Source of the DNA: Macrostomum hystrix | Taxonomy: Eukaryota > Animalia > Platyhelminthes | Reading direction: 5' to 3' | Assembly: GCA_950097015.1 (NCBI GenBank) | Contig: CATNEN010000038.1 | Span: 33,418,001 to 33,482,000, forward strand | DNA: 64,000 nt | Part shown: one piece after another, positions 50,844 to 62,913 of the stretch | Layout: every line of letters begins with the position of its first letter | Numbering within the stretch: the first letter of the stretch is position 1 | Program-made: the position numbers and the translations under genes | Notes under the pieces: generated by a model | What the model saw: only the letters and a program-made list of their open reading frames with translations | Databases searched by the model: none | Told to the model about the DNA's origin: nothing

Positions 50844-53720
50844 TTAAGATTGCATTTGCTTAACCTTCTTCAAGCCAAGATGACGACAGAGCTGGCTGCA
50901 CATGTGACCATCAAAGAATGCCTGCATGCCCTGTCTGCCGAGGTTCAGCGGTGCGTAGCGGGTGACATCCAAACAGTGAATGGCCGGGTCGGTCATCAGC
51001 AGCTTCTTCTTTTGGCTGCTGGCTGCTGCACCACTTTCTTCGCGCTTCTTATTCGAACTGTCCTCACAGATGCAGCCCTGCATTGATTGAAAAGAAATAA
51101 AACCTTTCTTAATTCATTTGATTTGTCTCTTGAAATAAGCATCAATGCTTTCACCTGCAGGTCAACAATCATTAGGAAGCCGTCAGTGCGCTCAAAAGTC
51201 CAGTGGCTGAAAGCCATCACGGCGTCCAGTATGCCCGAGTCAATTCCGCTATTGCTGACCTCGTCAGCCGCGATCTGCATCGAATAGGCACAGTTGTTGG
51301 TAAACTTGACAAACTTGACGGCACCTTGAAACTTCCGCTCGCAGGACATTATGCGCAGGCCAGATGACGCAGCGTTTTAGTTTTCAGAAACTTAATCGGA
51401 GCAGCACCCTTTGGACTTGTGAGCGAGTTAAACTGATCAGCCAGATAGAAAGCAACAGTTTGCATTTCACAAGCGGTCTTGTACCGCTCAAGTGTGTTCT
51501 GCTTTTTGCCCAGATACTTTTACTCCTTCAGGACGATGTCAGTTGGTGTCGCTGACGGCGGGCTCTGTTGAACAATTGAGTGTCTTGGAGCGCTAAAGGT
51601 TCTGCCGCCTCGACGTGTTGTCGAACGAGCCCGGTGTGTTGCGCTATCATTACCGTATCCGACAAACAGATCCTGGCCATAGTAGGCTATCCTCTCTGAG
51701 CCTTCAGCGAATGGGTTCACGGCTAGCTTCACCCGAACACCGCTGATCTGCTTCTCTGTCAGAGGTTTGTCGTCAACGACGTCCTCAACGCTGCTGGGAA
51801 GCTCGTACAACAGGTAGGAGCCTTGCATGACTGGCAGCGAGTCCCAGTCCGGCGCACTTCCGTCAAGCCGGAACGATCTCATTTGGACTTCGCGAGAGTC
51901 AATAAGCTTCGACTTTTCGATGTTGTGCTCGACAGAAGCGCTGATTGATGAAATCACAGAACCAGCGATATTTGCGATCTCTTTGACACCGAGAGTCTTG
52001 ATGAAACGGCCATAGTCCTTGCAGAATTCATCGATCATTTGATCGGTGCGACCGCTTATCTTGCCAAAGTAGTAGTCGATGCCCAGCTCTCTGTGAAGGC
52101 CGAATTTGCATGTGGGTACACCATTTATTGTGATTATCCTCTAATATCCTCATACTGCATGCCTAACAGAAATGTATCCGGTGGGAAAGTCAACATGCAG
52201 TGACACAAAAAGTACAAATTTCTGGAAAGGTAATAGGCCAACTCACTTAAAACGCTTAAATAACTTGCGATGTTCGGCCCTTCGGGTCGCCTTTCGGGTA
52301 AGTGTCCCGTACAGTGCTAGCGTGATAGCGCTCTCCGTGGCACGGCTGGTCACACAGATGAAATACGATCCTGGTGCCAGCAGCCTCTGACCAGTCTAGC
52401 TGCGCCGCCTGTGAAAAGCATCATCAGTTTTGTGCTCCAATGAGTAGGAGTAGGAGTATAAGAAGGATGGGAAACTAGATTTCTTTCACAAATTTAAAGA
52501 GGCTGCTTTTCGCCGAAAAATACCAAACGATGATGGGCAATTGTCACATATATAGATGATCGTTTTTATTGGAAGCAGATGCAAACGTTTTTCTTGTGAT
52601 CTTTTGATGCAGCTTACTTAGTATGTTGCTTCTCGAATAAAAAAAATATTTATAGAAGTAGATTTTTACACTCTAATATTTTCTAGGCCCAAATTAATAA
52701 ACTTCATAATGCTTGATCACTGATCAGAGAATGGATAAAACTGACACTTGTTTCTGCAGGAGTTTTGTTGTTTCAGGAGCTAAACGAATTTTGGGCACTG
52801 TACTCGTAGGGGAGGGCATGTACAGAAAATAAATAATCACATGAAATCAATAAATTCACAAATCAAACATGACAGAAATCGATGAAGCTATAGATAAGGA
52901 AACAATTTTAAAAGACGAGCACACACTCGATCTGCCTCCAATCAAACACAAGAACTAAATGTTTGCAGAAAAAAAGTGAGCATTTCCCATCTCTCTAGTG
53001 TACTAGAATTTTAGGCGAAAACTGCAGCCTCGTAAACGTTTTCTAAGAAACTAAGTCTCCTGCCCTTCTCTCCTATAGTGGTCCTTGAGCGCTTCCTAGG
53101 ACATTGGAGACAGAGGGTACCAATATTCTGCAATGCTCAGCCATTTCTACTACAGTTTCAAGAGAGATTTCTGCCGTGAAAATATCTATCAAATGTTTCT
53201 AACCCGGAACACAGGCGCATACTGTCAAATTTCCGTTCAGGAAATCTCAGACTGGCCTGCGAAACGAAGCGCTCAGTTCGCCCGAAAATCCCCTATGAAA
53301 ACTGAGTTCGCCCGAAGTGCAAAGTCGGGGTCGAAAATGAAGTATATTTTCTTTTCCCAGAAGACAAAGCCTTTTAAATGGTGCAAGAAAGTACAGAGGT
53401 AACAGGAAAGCTAGCAAAGTGCATAGAAAACTTAACAGAGATTGCAAGACTGCAGCTGCCCTTGAAAGAGAAGAGAAACGTGTTTTTTTAATTTGCCTAA
53501 CAATATGTGCCAAAATGGGGCAAAAAATGCACACCAAGCTCGTTTTACGCATTTTTTTCCTACCGTTTATTTATTACTAATATGAGTCATTTCGATCCAC
53601 CTGATTTGGCGTACATTTTTAACCTTACTACTGTTACTATTGTTATATTCGCATATTACTTAAATTAATCGAATAATTATTAGCTAAACATCAGCATATT
53701 TTCAGAGTGCTCAAAAATAA

Positions 53721-53758
<38 letters not shown>

Positions 53759-54384
53759 GTAGTTTTACGATTCAGTATTGAAGCTCTGACTGTGGAATCT
53801 GGAGACAAATCCTTTACAAGATATTTGATATATCATTCATTTACTGATTTTTCCGGACAAAAGACTCCAAGTGCTTTCACCTGCTCAAGTCCACCGAATA
53901 CGTCCTCCGGTGGGTCGTGCTTGGCTCCGCTGATGGCTCGAACACTGCGGCAGAATTGGATGCACTCGTCTGGATTTCGCGTGAACTTGCACACCTCCAT
54001 TGGCGTCGGATTGTCGAAGTCTCTATAAACAACTACAGCGAAGCGCAACTGCTCGATGCCAGCTGGTGACTCCTGGCTTCGCACCATTGTGCTGACTATT
54101 TTAGAAATGCTGTCTCGCACGCCTTCAATGTGCGCGCGCATGCTAGAGGTTCCGTCAATAAGAAAGCTAAGGTCGACTGTCTTAGACTTTTTAATTTCCG
54201 ACATGATTCCGCGAATGCTCTTGGCAGTTAGTTGGGTTGCTATGCGAAAGCGCCTGACGATTTCATCTTCGTCCATTGTGTCTTCACCATAATCCATGCC
54301 TCCTCGCTCGCAGATGTTCCGCAGACGCCTGTTGAGACCGCTCATTGAAGCCGCAGCAGTGCCACTCGCACTAGCCGATGCCAT
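50844..54384 (-). pseudogene. vWA plus alpha-kinase (vwkA-like) gene, apparently disrupted. Exons 54384-53881, 52408-52247, 52090-51155, 51077-50844
   Basis: vWA motifs DLSFLIDGTSSM, YRD, PEDVFGGL and DQPCHG..YPKGDP. Kinase motifs PFAEGSERIAY, AFSHWTF, IVDLQ|G, TDPAIH and NLGRQGM..FF..H.C...C. Lesions: frameshift near 52265, in-frame TAA at 51520-51522, frameshift near 51362. Confidence 0.85.
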
Positions 54385-55648
54385 GTCTGCTTAAACAACT
54401 GCTGAACTGGATTCTGAATTCTATTCCATTCTAGAGTTCTAAGTACGCTTTAGTCTGTTATATAGTTAAGTTGTTGCCGCTTTCTCAAGTACACCGCGGA
54501 AATTTCCAAGAAATTGTGCACCGAAAAATAGTCCACTTCAACTGTACAGCAAGCTACACACGAGCCTACGCGAGAGACTAGGAGATTGTACGTGTTTCTA
54601 ATTATAGCACATCGGCGCACATGGGAGACTAAAAATATATTTGTCTCAAGACGTAACCAACAGAAAACTTTATTTTTTAGATTTCTGCAAAGCTAAATGT
54701 TACTCTACTCAAATCCTGGAAATGATTCGTATATTTTAGCGTCTGGCATTGACAATAAATATCAAAAGTTGCTGAAAAATCTTCATCATTTTCCAGCATT
54801 CGCGTCTATAACTATCTAAGTCTGCCTGATTGGGCAAGGAAGCCCAGTTCTGAATACTTCACTTTTTATAATATTTCCCCTTTGCCTTTCCAGGATCAGA
54901 GAATATTCGTTCTACCTGTCACTCGAAAGCTAGCAAAGTACATAGAAAACCTATCAAAGATTGCGAGACTGCAGCTGCCCTAGAAAGAGTACAGAAATGT
55001 TTTCTTTAAAATGCCAAACAATATCAAAATATGGTAATAATGTGCGCCTAGCTCATTATTGCCATTGCTTTTTCTTCCATTTTTGTACTATTGATATGAT
55101 TCATTTCCACTAACTCGATCCGTCCGATTGAAGCTTTTTTACAATCTCACTTTTTTATATTCGTCTAATATTTAACTTTATCGCATAAGTAGCCATCATG
55201 TTTTAATATACGCCAAGTATAGAAATCAGCACTTTTTAAGTGTGCGCAAATTAATAATAGTAATGCTAGCCGTAAATGCATTAACGAATTTTCCAAAAAA
55301 ACTTCCATCGGCACATAGCATCAACTCATATAGTCTAAAATCAATGTGCATCTTAGCAAGAAAATATGCTCATATTATAGTTCGGCTGCTTAAAATGAAC
55401 GTCAACTCGCACCGAGACTACAGCAACTTTTCAATACTTTTTGTATTGGCGTATTAACTGTTATTTAGCCCGTACAAAAAATAACTGACAGAAACGAAAG
55501 ACAAACAGTTTGATAATCTGAAAACAAAAATAGTCTGTTTGTAGCTAAAATTATTAGGTAAATCAATACTGCACAATTGCGTTAGTCAGGAAAAATGTTA
55601 AACAAAAAGAAAGAGTCACAGAACACACTACAATTATGTGGCAAGATG

Positions 55649-56010
55649 ACGCCAGTCCTGTTGAATCGTGAGCTCGCCATTGTGAAGTCTCATTCTGAGC
55701 AACAGGTCACTCAAACAACTGACCTCGCCACCTGCCTGCTCGCAGCTGCGATTCTGGGAGCTGACGCCTCCGAGATCGTGGAACTGAGCGAGAGCTCCGG
55801 CAGCTGCAGGCGACTCGGCCAGCCGATGTTCGCCAACCATTCGCCAGCCGTGCAGCAGCCTGCTGTGAAGCTGTACGCGAGAGGTCACGCATCGGAGAGC
55901 CCAGACTCGCTCTGTTCTCCATCAAGGCCGGATCGGTAGTCTCTGCGAGGTCGCTCTACTCGACTCCCGTCGCCGACTGCGGCGCTGGAGGCTTCCGCAT
56001 GCTGTGGCCA
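55649..56010 (+). pseudogene. Truncated inverted paralog of the 57405-58328 gene
   Basis: ~55788-56010 is nearly identical to the reverse complement of ~57881-58097. It is frameshifted near 55882 and ends abruptly. Confidence 0.8.
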
Positions 56011-56580
56011 ACATTTTTAGCTTATCTGGTTTTACCTGAAGTAATTTTCAAAGCCGTCCGACATAGCATCGTCGAGATATATATTCACCGATTCTTGTCC
56101 GAGTCTCCGGTAATATGAAAAACTAAAATTTCTCTGTATAAACCTCTTTGGCGAATCCCTTTTGGTTAAAAAAATGAACAACTTAATTAATTCAACATGG
56201 TAAAAATGCTAGCCTACATGATTACATGATGAAATTTTGTGAGCAGAAACTTTTCACCGAAAATTTTGGCCAGCCGTGTTCTGGATTTTCATGGTGATTG
56301 CTTGAATTTTTTTTTAGATTATTTGAAATACCCCCGTGACACAAAGCAAACTTTGAGCCAGAATATGAGACAGTGGAGACAAGAGTTAAAAACTCTAAGA
56401 TTTCAATCGTTTCTACTATATTTACTTATTTTTGTTTTTAAAAAAGCAGCACCCTTTTGGCATGCACAGTAAAATATTTCTACTTTTCTAATCTCTTACG
56501 AATTGCAAGCGGAACTTTCTTCTATACCCGGGAACCGGGTATCACCCGGTTCCCGGATTACCCGGTCACGCATAGGATTA

Positions 56581-56932
56581 GAGTAGGCGAGTAGAGTAGA
56601 GTAGAGTAGAGTAGAGTAGAGCAGAGTTGTTAAGTAGAGTAGAGTAGAGTAGAGTAGAGTAGAGTAGAGTAGACTAGAGTAGAGCAGAGCAGAGTTGAGT
56701 AGAGTAGAGTAGAGTTAAGTAGAGTAGAGTAGAGTAGAGTAGAGTTAAGTAGAGTAGAGTAGAGTAGAGTAGAGTAGTGTAGAGTAGAGTAGAGTAGAGT
56801 AGAGCAGAGTTGAGTAGAGTAGAGTAGAGTTAAGTAGAGTAGAGTAGAGTAGAGTAGAGTAGAGTAGAGTAGAGTAGAGTAGAGTAGAGTAGAGTAGAGC
56901 AGAGTTGAGTTGAGGTAAGGAGAGTAGAGTTA
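56581..56932. repeat. (GTAGA)n pentanucleotide microsatellite
   Basis: Directly visible. Confidence 0.97.
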
Positions 56933-57404
56933 AGAGGCGAGGCAATACATAGAATTTTAGTGCAACATATTCATACAATGGAAAATATATCTAGCTCCTT
57001 TTGTGAATTTGCTACCCGCGCGGCCCTGATGTGGTTCTGTGAGCAGCTACATTGGACAAAATCAAGGATGAACGAATTTTTATAAGGAAAAAGCTCAAAG
57101 AGTTCTTATAAATTAAGGCTTTCATTAAGCTGGAAAGCCAGTGGCGTGTAAAGGCTGTGTACAGCTGCTCAGTCTGTGGACCTTGGGGAGGCCGCCACAC
57201 CATCTAAGATTCCAACCTAGCCGATGCCAGCACTAATTATACATTTGGGAAAATTAGCTGAAGTTTGTAACTAACTGTCTCGTCTAAACCCAAAAACTGC
57301 ATCTCGAGGGCGAAGATTCGAACTCCAGACATGCATCTTAGGTCAGAAGCTCAAAGCTCAAAACACAGGTAACGAGCTCCTTAATTCTACCCGTCTAAAA
57401 GTCA

Positions 57405-58328
57405 TCAGGCGATGAAGACCACCAAGTAGTCAGCTGCCAGCTTGTTGGTGCCCCACTCGTCAAGGACCAGGTTGCAGAAGATGCCGGGAGCAGCGGGCAC
57501 CCGAGCCCAGCTGCAGCGGTCGATGGTGTTTTCAATAATCACAAGCAAGCCCTTGTCAGAGGAGCAGGCTCGGTGAAACGTGCTGATATAGAAGGATCTG
57601 TTCGCGTTGTCGTTCAGGTTTGTGTAGCCAGCGATGCTGAAGTAGTTGTACGTCACGGTCTTCAAGCCGAGGTCGGGCTCGCTGCTGAGCACAGCCGCCT
57701 TGCTGAACCAGTTCGTGCGGAAGCTCGCGTCGAACACGATCCTGAGCAGTCTCGCTCCGGATGAGGCCAGCAGCTCGACGATCAGCTGCCGACGCGGCAT
57801 CAGCTCAGTCAGCTGGGTGAGCTGCGTCAGTCGATCGATCCAGCACGATCGATAGCTGGCCACCTGAGGCACGGAGTCCGGCCACAGCATGAGGAAGCCT
57901 CCGGCGCCGCAGTCGGCGACGGGAGTCGAGTAGAGCGACCTCGCAGAGACTCCCGATCCGGCCTTGATGGAGAACAGAGCGAGTCTGGGCTCTCTGATGC
58001 GTGAGCTCGCGTACAGCTTCACAGCAGGCTGCTGCACGGCTGGCGAATGGTTGGCGAACATCGGCTGGCCGAGTCGCCTGCAGCTGCCGGAGCTCTCGTC
58101 GAACTCGGCCACAGGCATGCGGGACGGCTCCTGGGACGCGTAGGACAGAGCGGCCGACACGCAGCTGATGGAACTACTAATTCGTGTAAGCAGTAAGTGC
58201 GTGGCCGGTGACTTTATGGTCACATGCTGAGATAGAATGCGATTCACGCAGTCAAATCGAGTCTTAGCGCTGATTTGAGCAATCAAGCTGAGAAGCACTG
58301 CGTGGACTAGCGACCTTGACGGCCTCAT
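57405..58328 (-). CDS. Secreted protein with an N-terminal PAN/apple-like module and an uncharacterised C-terminal domain; single exon
   Basis: Signal peptide; S.ISCVSAA...F.ESSGSC pattern; C-terminal NWFS...NYFSIAG...RSFYI...C..DKG...C.W motif of a kind I associate with uncharacterised lophotrochozoan proteins (recall, not searched). Confidence 0.7.
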   Translation of the reverse strand: MRPSRSLVHAVLLSLIAQISAKTRFDCVNRILSQHVTIKSPATHLLLTRISSSISCVSAALSYASQEPSRMPVAEFDESSGSCRRLGQPMFANHSPAVQQPAVKLYASSRIREPRLALFSIKAGSGVSARSLYSTPVADCGAGGFLMLWPDSVPQVASYRSCWIDRLTQLTQLTELMPRRQLIVELLASSGARLLRIVFDASFRTNWFSKAAVLSSEPDLGLKTVTYNYFSIAGYTNLNDNANRSFYISTFHRACSSDKGLLVIIENTIDRCSWARVPAAPGIFCNLVLDEWGTNKLAADYLVVFIA

Positions 58329-58929
58329 TTTGGTGGCGCGAGAAGTTTGGTTGCATACAGTATTTGAGTTAAAAAAAGCTTTTAACTTGTTTTGTCACTC
58401 TGTGTGGCTGTTAGTTTGCAAATTTCGTCTGATTGTTGATAGGTTATTGACAGTGACACTTTGATAGATGACAAATTTAAAGTACCCTCGCATATGCTGA
58501 AACAGTACATCATAAGAAATTCATGATTTACCTGCTTACTTTTTTGAAGTGTTTGGAATGGCGCCTAGTTTTAAAAGGAAATCAATTAAGCCTCAATCAA
58601 TCAATCAATATTTTTCTGACATCGAATTTTTTAAGCTGTTTAGTTGTTACAAGGCTTTGAGAACTAGTATTTTCATTAAATCAGCATGCAGTACAGCTGC
58701 AGAGTCTACTGATGGAATTAGTATATAGTATAGGTTGCAATTTGCTTGAGTAACAGGCGCATGAAAGCATTTAAATTAGCATTCCGTTCGAACATTTAAT
58801 CGCGGTAACATTTTCGATGACTTGCAGCACGTGTCTAAGAAGCGTACTTTTGGGGCTCACTTGTTTAGAACAGGTGGACAGTAAAAATGCGAAAAAATAG
58901 TATCTACGACGATTGATGTCCTTCAATGA

Positions 58930-59310
58930 TGATCTGATTCTGCAGGTCAAGCTTGCGGCCTGCTTCGCGAAAAGCTCCTCGGTTCTTGGCACCGGGTATG
59001 AGTCCGGCCGGCTCAACATCGATGTTGATCGTTCGCTTGAAATCCACGCAGTGCCGTCGGTCTTGAGAACGGGAAGGATTGGGGATGTGTAGTTTGAGCT
59101 ACTCACCGGCTTCAACACTCTCTGCTTGATCTCTCATTCCAGCTGCATCTCTACCTTCTCCTTCAGTGCAAGCGGGACATTCCTGGCCTTGAAAAATCTA
59201 GGTCGCGCTCGCGCCTTTAGCCGAACCACGGCCCCTGTGAACCCCGGGCTCAAAGACTACAGTATACTTGTCCAGCATGGTCTTGAGTCCCGGAGGCTCT
59301 GAGGAGTGCT
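58930..59310 (-). mobile_element. Gypsy pol fragment (start of RT), degenerate
   Basis: PRFFKARNVPLALKEKVE...LKPVSSSNYTSPILPVLKTDG...DSYPVPRTEELF. Confidence 0.75.
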
Positions 59311-59329
59311 ACCACACCTGCTTGGTGGC

Positions 59330-60720
59330 GGATGCCAGTCGCGGCCAACCAGAATCTAGCCGGCGCGCTCGACTACGAGCAGCGGCAGCACCTTGCTAGC
59401 TGCCTCGGTTTGCAAACGGACTCGAATTCGGCCGACTTCCATGCGGACCGGCGCGCTGTCGATCTCTACAGTGGTCTCAATGATCGGCACCTCGCTAGAG
59501 ACAATCAACGCTGGTGTTCGACTTCTATCAGCGGATTCCGACAACGTAGCTGATGAGTCGTGGATCGACGAGATGGAAATCAACGAGAATCTGACTGCCT
59601 CACAGCGTCAGCAGATCTTGTCAAGGAGTGCAGCGCAACGTTCAGCCAGCATCAACTTGACGCCAGCTTGACGCACCTGGTGACACGCCAGATCGTCCAC
59701 AAGGACAAGACACCGGTCGCACGACCTCCTCGTCGGATTCCACCACACCTGAAAGACTAATTCGTCGACGCATTGCTGGACGACTGGATCGGCAACGAAA
59801 TCATACGGCTGTATTATTCGAACTACAGCTTGCCAATTCTGTTGGGGCCCTAGAACGATGGCTCCATTCGGCTGTCTATGACTGTAGGGCGTTGAACGAG
59901 AAGTGTGTCTACCATCCGTATCCGCTACCTCTCATCACGGATGCTTGCACCAAGCTCAAGGGCGCGCAGTGCTTTTCGAACATCGACCTTGTCCTAGGCT
60001 TCTGGCATATCCCGCTTCGGCAGTGCGACCAGCATCTGACTGCGTTTTCGGTGCCCGACAGCAGTCAATTCTGCTTTCAAGTCCTAGCTATGGACCTCTC
60101 CGATAGTCCTGGAAGTTTCCAGCGCTGCATCAACCAGCTGCTAGACAGACTGACGCCCTAGATCGCTCTAGGCTGGCTGCATGGACAATGCTGTTGTCCA
60201 CTCGGTGAACTTCAAGGTCATGCTCGACAACCTGCGGACTGTGCTACATCGCATCATCGAAGCCAACCTCAAGGTTTGACCGAATAAAGTGCCATTTATT
60301 TCTTAAAGACCTCAAGTACTTTGGTAACCCCAGAGGGCCAAAGAACCGATGGTGCTAAGATTAAGATATTGATTGGCCCACTCCTCGCTCAGTCACGCAG
60401 CTTCGCCAGTTTCTTGGCCTCACAAACTACGAGTATAACGTAAGTTTGTTAAAAATTATGCTGGAGTCGCCGCACCTCTTCATGCCTTCACCAAAAATGG
60501 ACATTGGGAATTTTCGGCAAAGTGCACTCCTGAGCATCAGGCTGAGTTTGGTATTTTGAAGGCGAAAATGTGCTCTACTGGAGGTTCTCGCACTCCTAGA
60601 ATTTAATCATGACCCCTCGGTTGTTTTACCGAGACTGTGACGCGTCTCAAATCCAATCGGATGGCGTCCAAAGGCCTATCGCATTATTTAGTCGCAGGCT
60701 TCGTGACCCAAAAACTAGTT
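59330..60720 (+). mobile_element. Gypsy pol fossil (RT and RNase H), degenerate
   Basis: PVARPPRRIP, YPLPLITD, FSNIDLVLGFWHIPL, TAFSVP, SPGSFQR, LRQFLGLTNY, DCDAS and RPIALFSRRL occur across stops and frameshifts. Confidence 0.88.
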
Positions 60721-61304
60721 CACCGGTGCATCAAACCATCAAACCCATTACACAGGTGCATCCTGTCCAATTTTCAAATGCGAATCCACACGCTACATCG
60801 CCTGTGAGTCAGAGCGAACTGCGGGACCTAAAATCCCTAACAATATTCGAATCTGTACAAAGTGTCAAGTGTCAATTAAAGTAATTAAGTTCATACTCGT
60901 AAATTGTTTTGGTGCATTGGGTTGCTTAAGTCCCAATCTTTACCACCAGGGCTCGAGCTCGGGCTCTGATCGTCTACATTTTTGGCTAATTTTACGTGTA
61001 GAACTTGCTGAGTGTTGATTAAACAACTCTATGCAACTGCAAGTTATCGTTGCACTTAGGACTTAAGGCTAATGGATCCATTTTCAGGTGGCTTAAACAA
61101 TGGCTTGGTCTTAAGCCTTGGCAGTAATGACAGTCGATAAGGTTTAAAAGTTTTGTTATACGAGCTAACTCTGCGACAAGAAATTAATTTTATTTCAAAG
61201 CAGCAGAGTAAACAAACGAGACATTACTAGGAAGCATTCCGATTCTAATGTATTTTGAAGCACCATTAGGTCTGACTCAGTGCTGATCAAATGCACTCTG
61301 AGCT

Positions 61305-61312
61305 TATAAAAG
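61305..61312 (+). promoter_or_regulatory. Candidate TATA box for the lectin gene
   Basis: TATAAAAG ~70 bp upstream of the ATG at 61377. Confidence 0.4.
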
Positions 61313-61376
61313 GAGAAAAAACACTAAAAAGCATCAGGAAAATTCATACCTGCACCAATCATTTACTTTGATAAAA

Positions 61377-62114
61377 ATGACACCTGTCAAACTGAGTCTC
61401 GTCGTTCTCACAGCTATTACTTTGGTAGCGGGTAATGAATACTTCCAGATGATCAGTGGGGAGCTGTGCATTGGAAAGGAGTTCACCAACACGCTGAGCC
61501 ATGTACAATCCGAAAAGGAATGCGCTCTGCAGTGCAGCTTTGCTGACCGATGCCAGGCGTTCAGCCTCTCCGACGGTCCGTGCCGATTGTTTGTGTTCGA
61601 CCGGTGCAGCAAGGCCGTCAGCGCCTCTTGCAGCTGCAACCGCACCGGTGCTGTGTTCGTGAAGCAGCGAGTCGGACTGCCTCGGGGCGCCCTGTGCCCC
61701 GATGGATTCGGCGACCGGTTCTGCGGCAGAAAGTACAGGCTGCTGGCCAGCGTCATCAATTGGACAGCAGACAGGGCGGCGATCGCCTCGCTGCCCGGTC
61801 TCGTCATCATGGCCGACGTGACCGACGAGCTCGAGAGAGCGCACATCGGCAACTTGACGTCGAAGCGCGGTTCGATGTTCGTCATGCTGGGTGGACAGCA
61901 GCTGCCGGGTAGTGTGGAGCCGGATGGAGGCTGGTTGTGGGCCGACTGCAATGCCACCGTGAGCAGCGAGTTGTGGTTTGCTGGCGAGCCGAATAACAAC
62001 GGCATGGAGAGTGTAATCGGACTGCCAAGTAACATTGGAATGCTTTTTGATGTTTCTGTCACAGTTGCTTATTCAAACAAAGCTCTCGCGGAGTGTGTGT
62101 CTCCTTTCAATTAG
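61377..62114 (+). CDS. Secreted PAN/apple plus C-type lectin domain protein; single exon
   Basis: Signal peptide; ECALQC...CQAFSL...CRLF (PAN); CPDGF...WLWAD...WFAGEPNN (CTLD with EPN motif). Confidence 0.85.
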   Translation: MTPVKLSLVVLTAITLVAGNEYFQMISGELCIGKEFTNTLSHVQSEKECALQCSFADRCQAFSLSDGPCRLFVFDRCSKAVSASCSCNRTGAVFVKQRVGLPRGALCPDGFGDRFCGRKYRLLASVINWTADRAAIASLPGLVIMADVTDELERAHIGNLTSKRGSMFVMLGGQQLPGSVEPDGGWLWADCNATVSSELWFAGEPNNNGMESVIGLPSNIGMLFDVSVTVAYSNKALAECVSPFN

Positions 62115-62913
62115 CAACGATCATGCTCTCTGTTTCTAAGCTAGCGCAGATCGTCCAGCAATACGGAAGCAACGAGCCAATTCAGAGCTACAGACGGAGT
62201 CCGAAAGCTCCCAGATTTCTCATTCTAATCATTGTACCTGTTAGTAGTGTCTTGGCTAATTATCTGTTTTCAAAGTTTATTTTTAAGAACTTTTCGAATG
62301 TCACTCGCGCTGCAGATGCAGCGAACTGTCTTAATTACCTTCTGAAACCGAATACAAGTTGTGGAGTGCTTACAAAATTCTATGTTTGTAAATTAAAAAT
62401 CCATTGTGGCGACTGCCCATCCAGGAAGCAACACTCCGCAATTCAGAAGCACCGACTAATTCCTTAAAAGCAGAGTAGAAGCTGAAGATATAACTGAATG
62501 ATATTTTTTGTTTTTTCAATGCGTTATTGGGTAATACGAGATTAATTTCTAATGACATTTCAAACAGAAGCCTCAATGCTTTTGTTATTAACAGTTTGTT
62601 AGCTTGATTCCATTACAAGTCAGCACACATTGGCGACACCTCTAATAATAATATGAATACTAATAATTGCTATATTATTTGAGCAATAGATATAGCTTGA
62701 CTCTCGTGAAGAATTGTCAATAAGATGTCTACTTATTCTCTTCATAAAAATTTGAGGTGTGCGAAGCAAACTAGTAATCAATAATGTGATTTCCCGTGCA
62801 CTTGCGTCTGCTAACGAATGCTTTAAAACAGCTACTGTAGTTTATTTGAGTATTTTCTCAACAAAAGCCCGCTTCCCATTAATGGGAATTCCCATCATTA
62901 AGTTCCCAGAATT

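Noticed and set aside
52263-52269. GC-AG donor (TC|GCAAGT) rescuing the alpha-kinase frameshift
   Set aside because: Phase fits, but the exonic context is weak and two further lesions lie downstream.
59550-59575. Hammerhead-like CTGATGA-GTCG..CGAC-GAGA
   Set aside because: GAGA instead of GAAA, no convincing stems I and III, and it lies within Gypsy coding sequence.
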